DNA of 63,465 nucleotides, the filler included, from Octopus bimaculoides (taxonomy: Eukaryota): assembly GCF_001194135.2 (NCBI RefSeq). It is 3 parts of 3 records of this genome, joined end to end, with 100 filler letters (N's around TTAATTAATTAA, not from the genome) between each part and the next. Parts side by side here need not be neighbours in the genome. Positions count along the whole stretch, not along the records: positions 51,830 to 63,465 come from NC_069002.1; 2 more parts are not named here. The stretch is one strand, 5' to 3'. The translations under genes and the position numbers were made by a program. Shown here in pieces: positions 63,335 through 63,465 of the stretch. The first letter of the stretch is position 1, and each line of letters opens with the position of its first letter. The notes under the pieces were generated by a model, which saw only the letters and a program-made list of their open reading frames with translations, searched no databases and was not told where the DNA came from.

Positions 63335-63465
63335 AAATGTATAAAAATAAAAATATAAAGAGACCAATGGTAAGGTTGGAGAAGTATTTTATGGATAGAG
63401 TCTATCCATAAAATACTTCTCCAAGCTTACCATTGGTCTCTTTATCTTTTTATTTTTATACATTT
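63335..63465. repeat. Near-perfect palindrome: 65-bp arms, 1-nt centre (63400), 2 mismatches, may extend past the window
   Basis: 63335-63399 is the reverse complement of 63401-63465. Confidence 0.95.

Overview
Draft-quality eukaryotic genomic DNA, AT-rich and saturated with microsatellites, with many N-gaps. The SINE families and repeat landscape suggest a coleoid cephalopod such as Octopus; this is an inference, not verified. I found no convincing host protein-coding exon: almost all track ORFs are microsatellite or N-gap read-through, and the recognisable protein motifs all belong to decayed transposons. These include Penelope-like elements (RT and GIY-YIG), R4/Dong-like and HERO-like restriction-endonuclease (RLE) LINEs, RTE and CR1/L2-type remnants, a DD34D mariner with perfect TIRs nested in a LINE, Tc1/mariner and hAT MITEs, and several tRNA-derived SINE families (about 25 copies or fragments). 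The strongest non-obvious signal is an apparently intact type I hammerhead ribozyme on the minus strand (33771-33835), in a ~250-bp module bounded by microsatellites. Related signals are a decayed minimal hammerhead in a (TA)n-inserted module, three large foldback structures near (TA)n tracts, and an RLE LINE flanked on both sides by (TATG)n.
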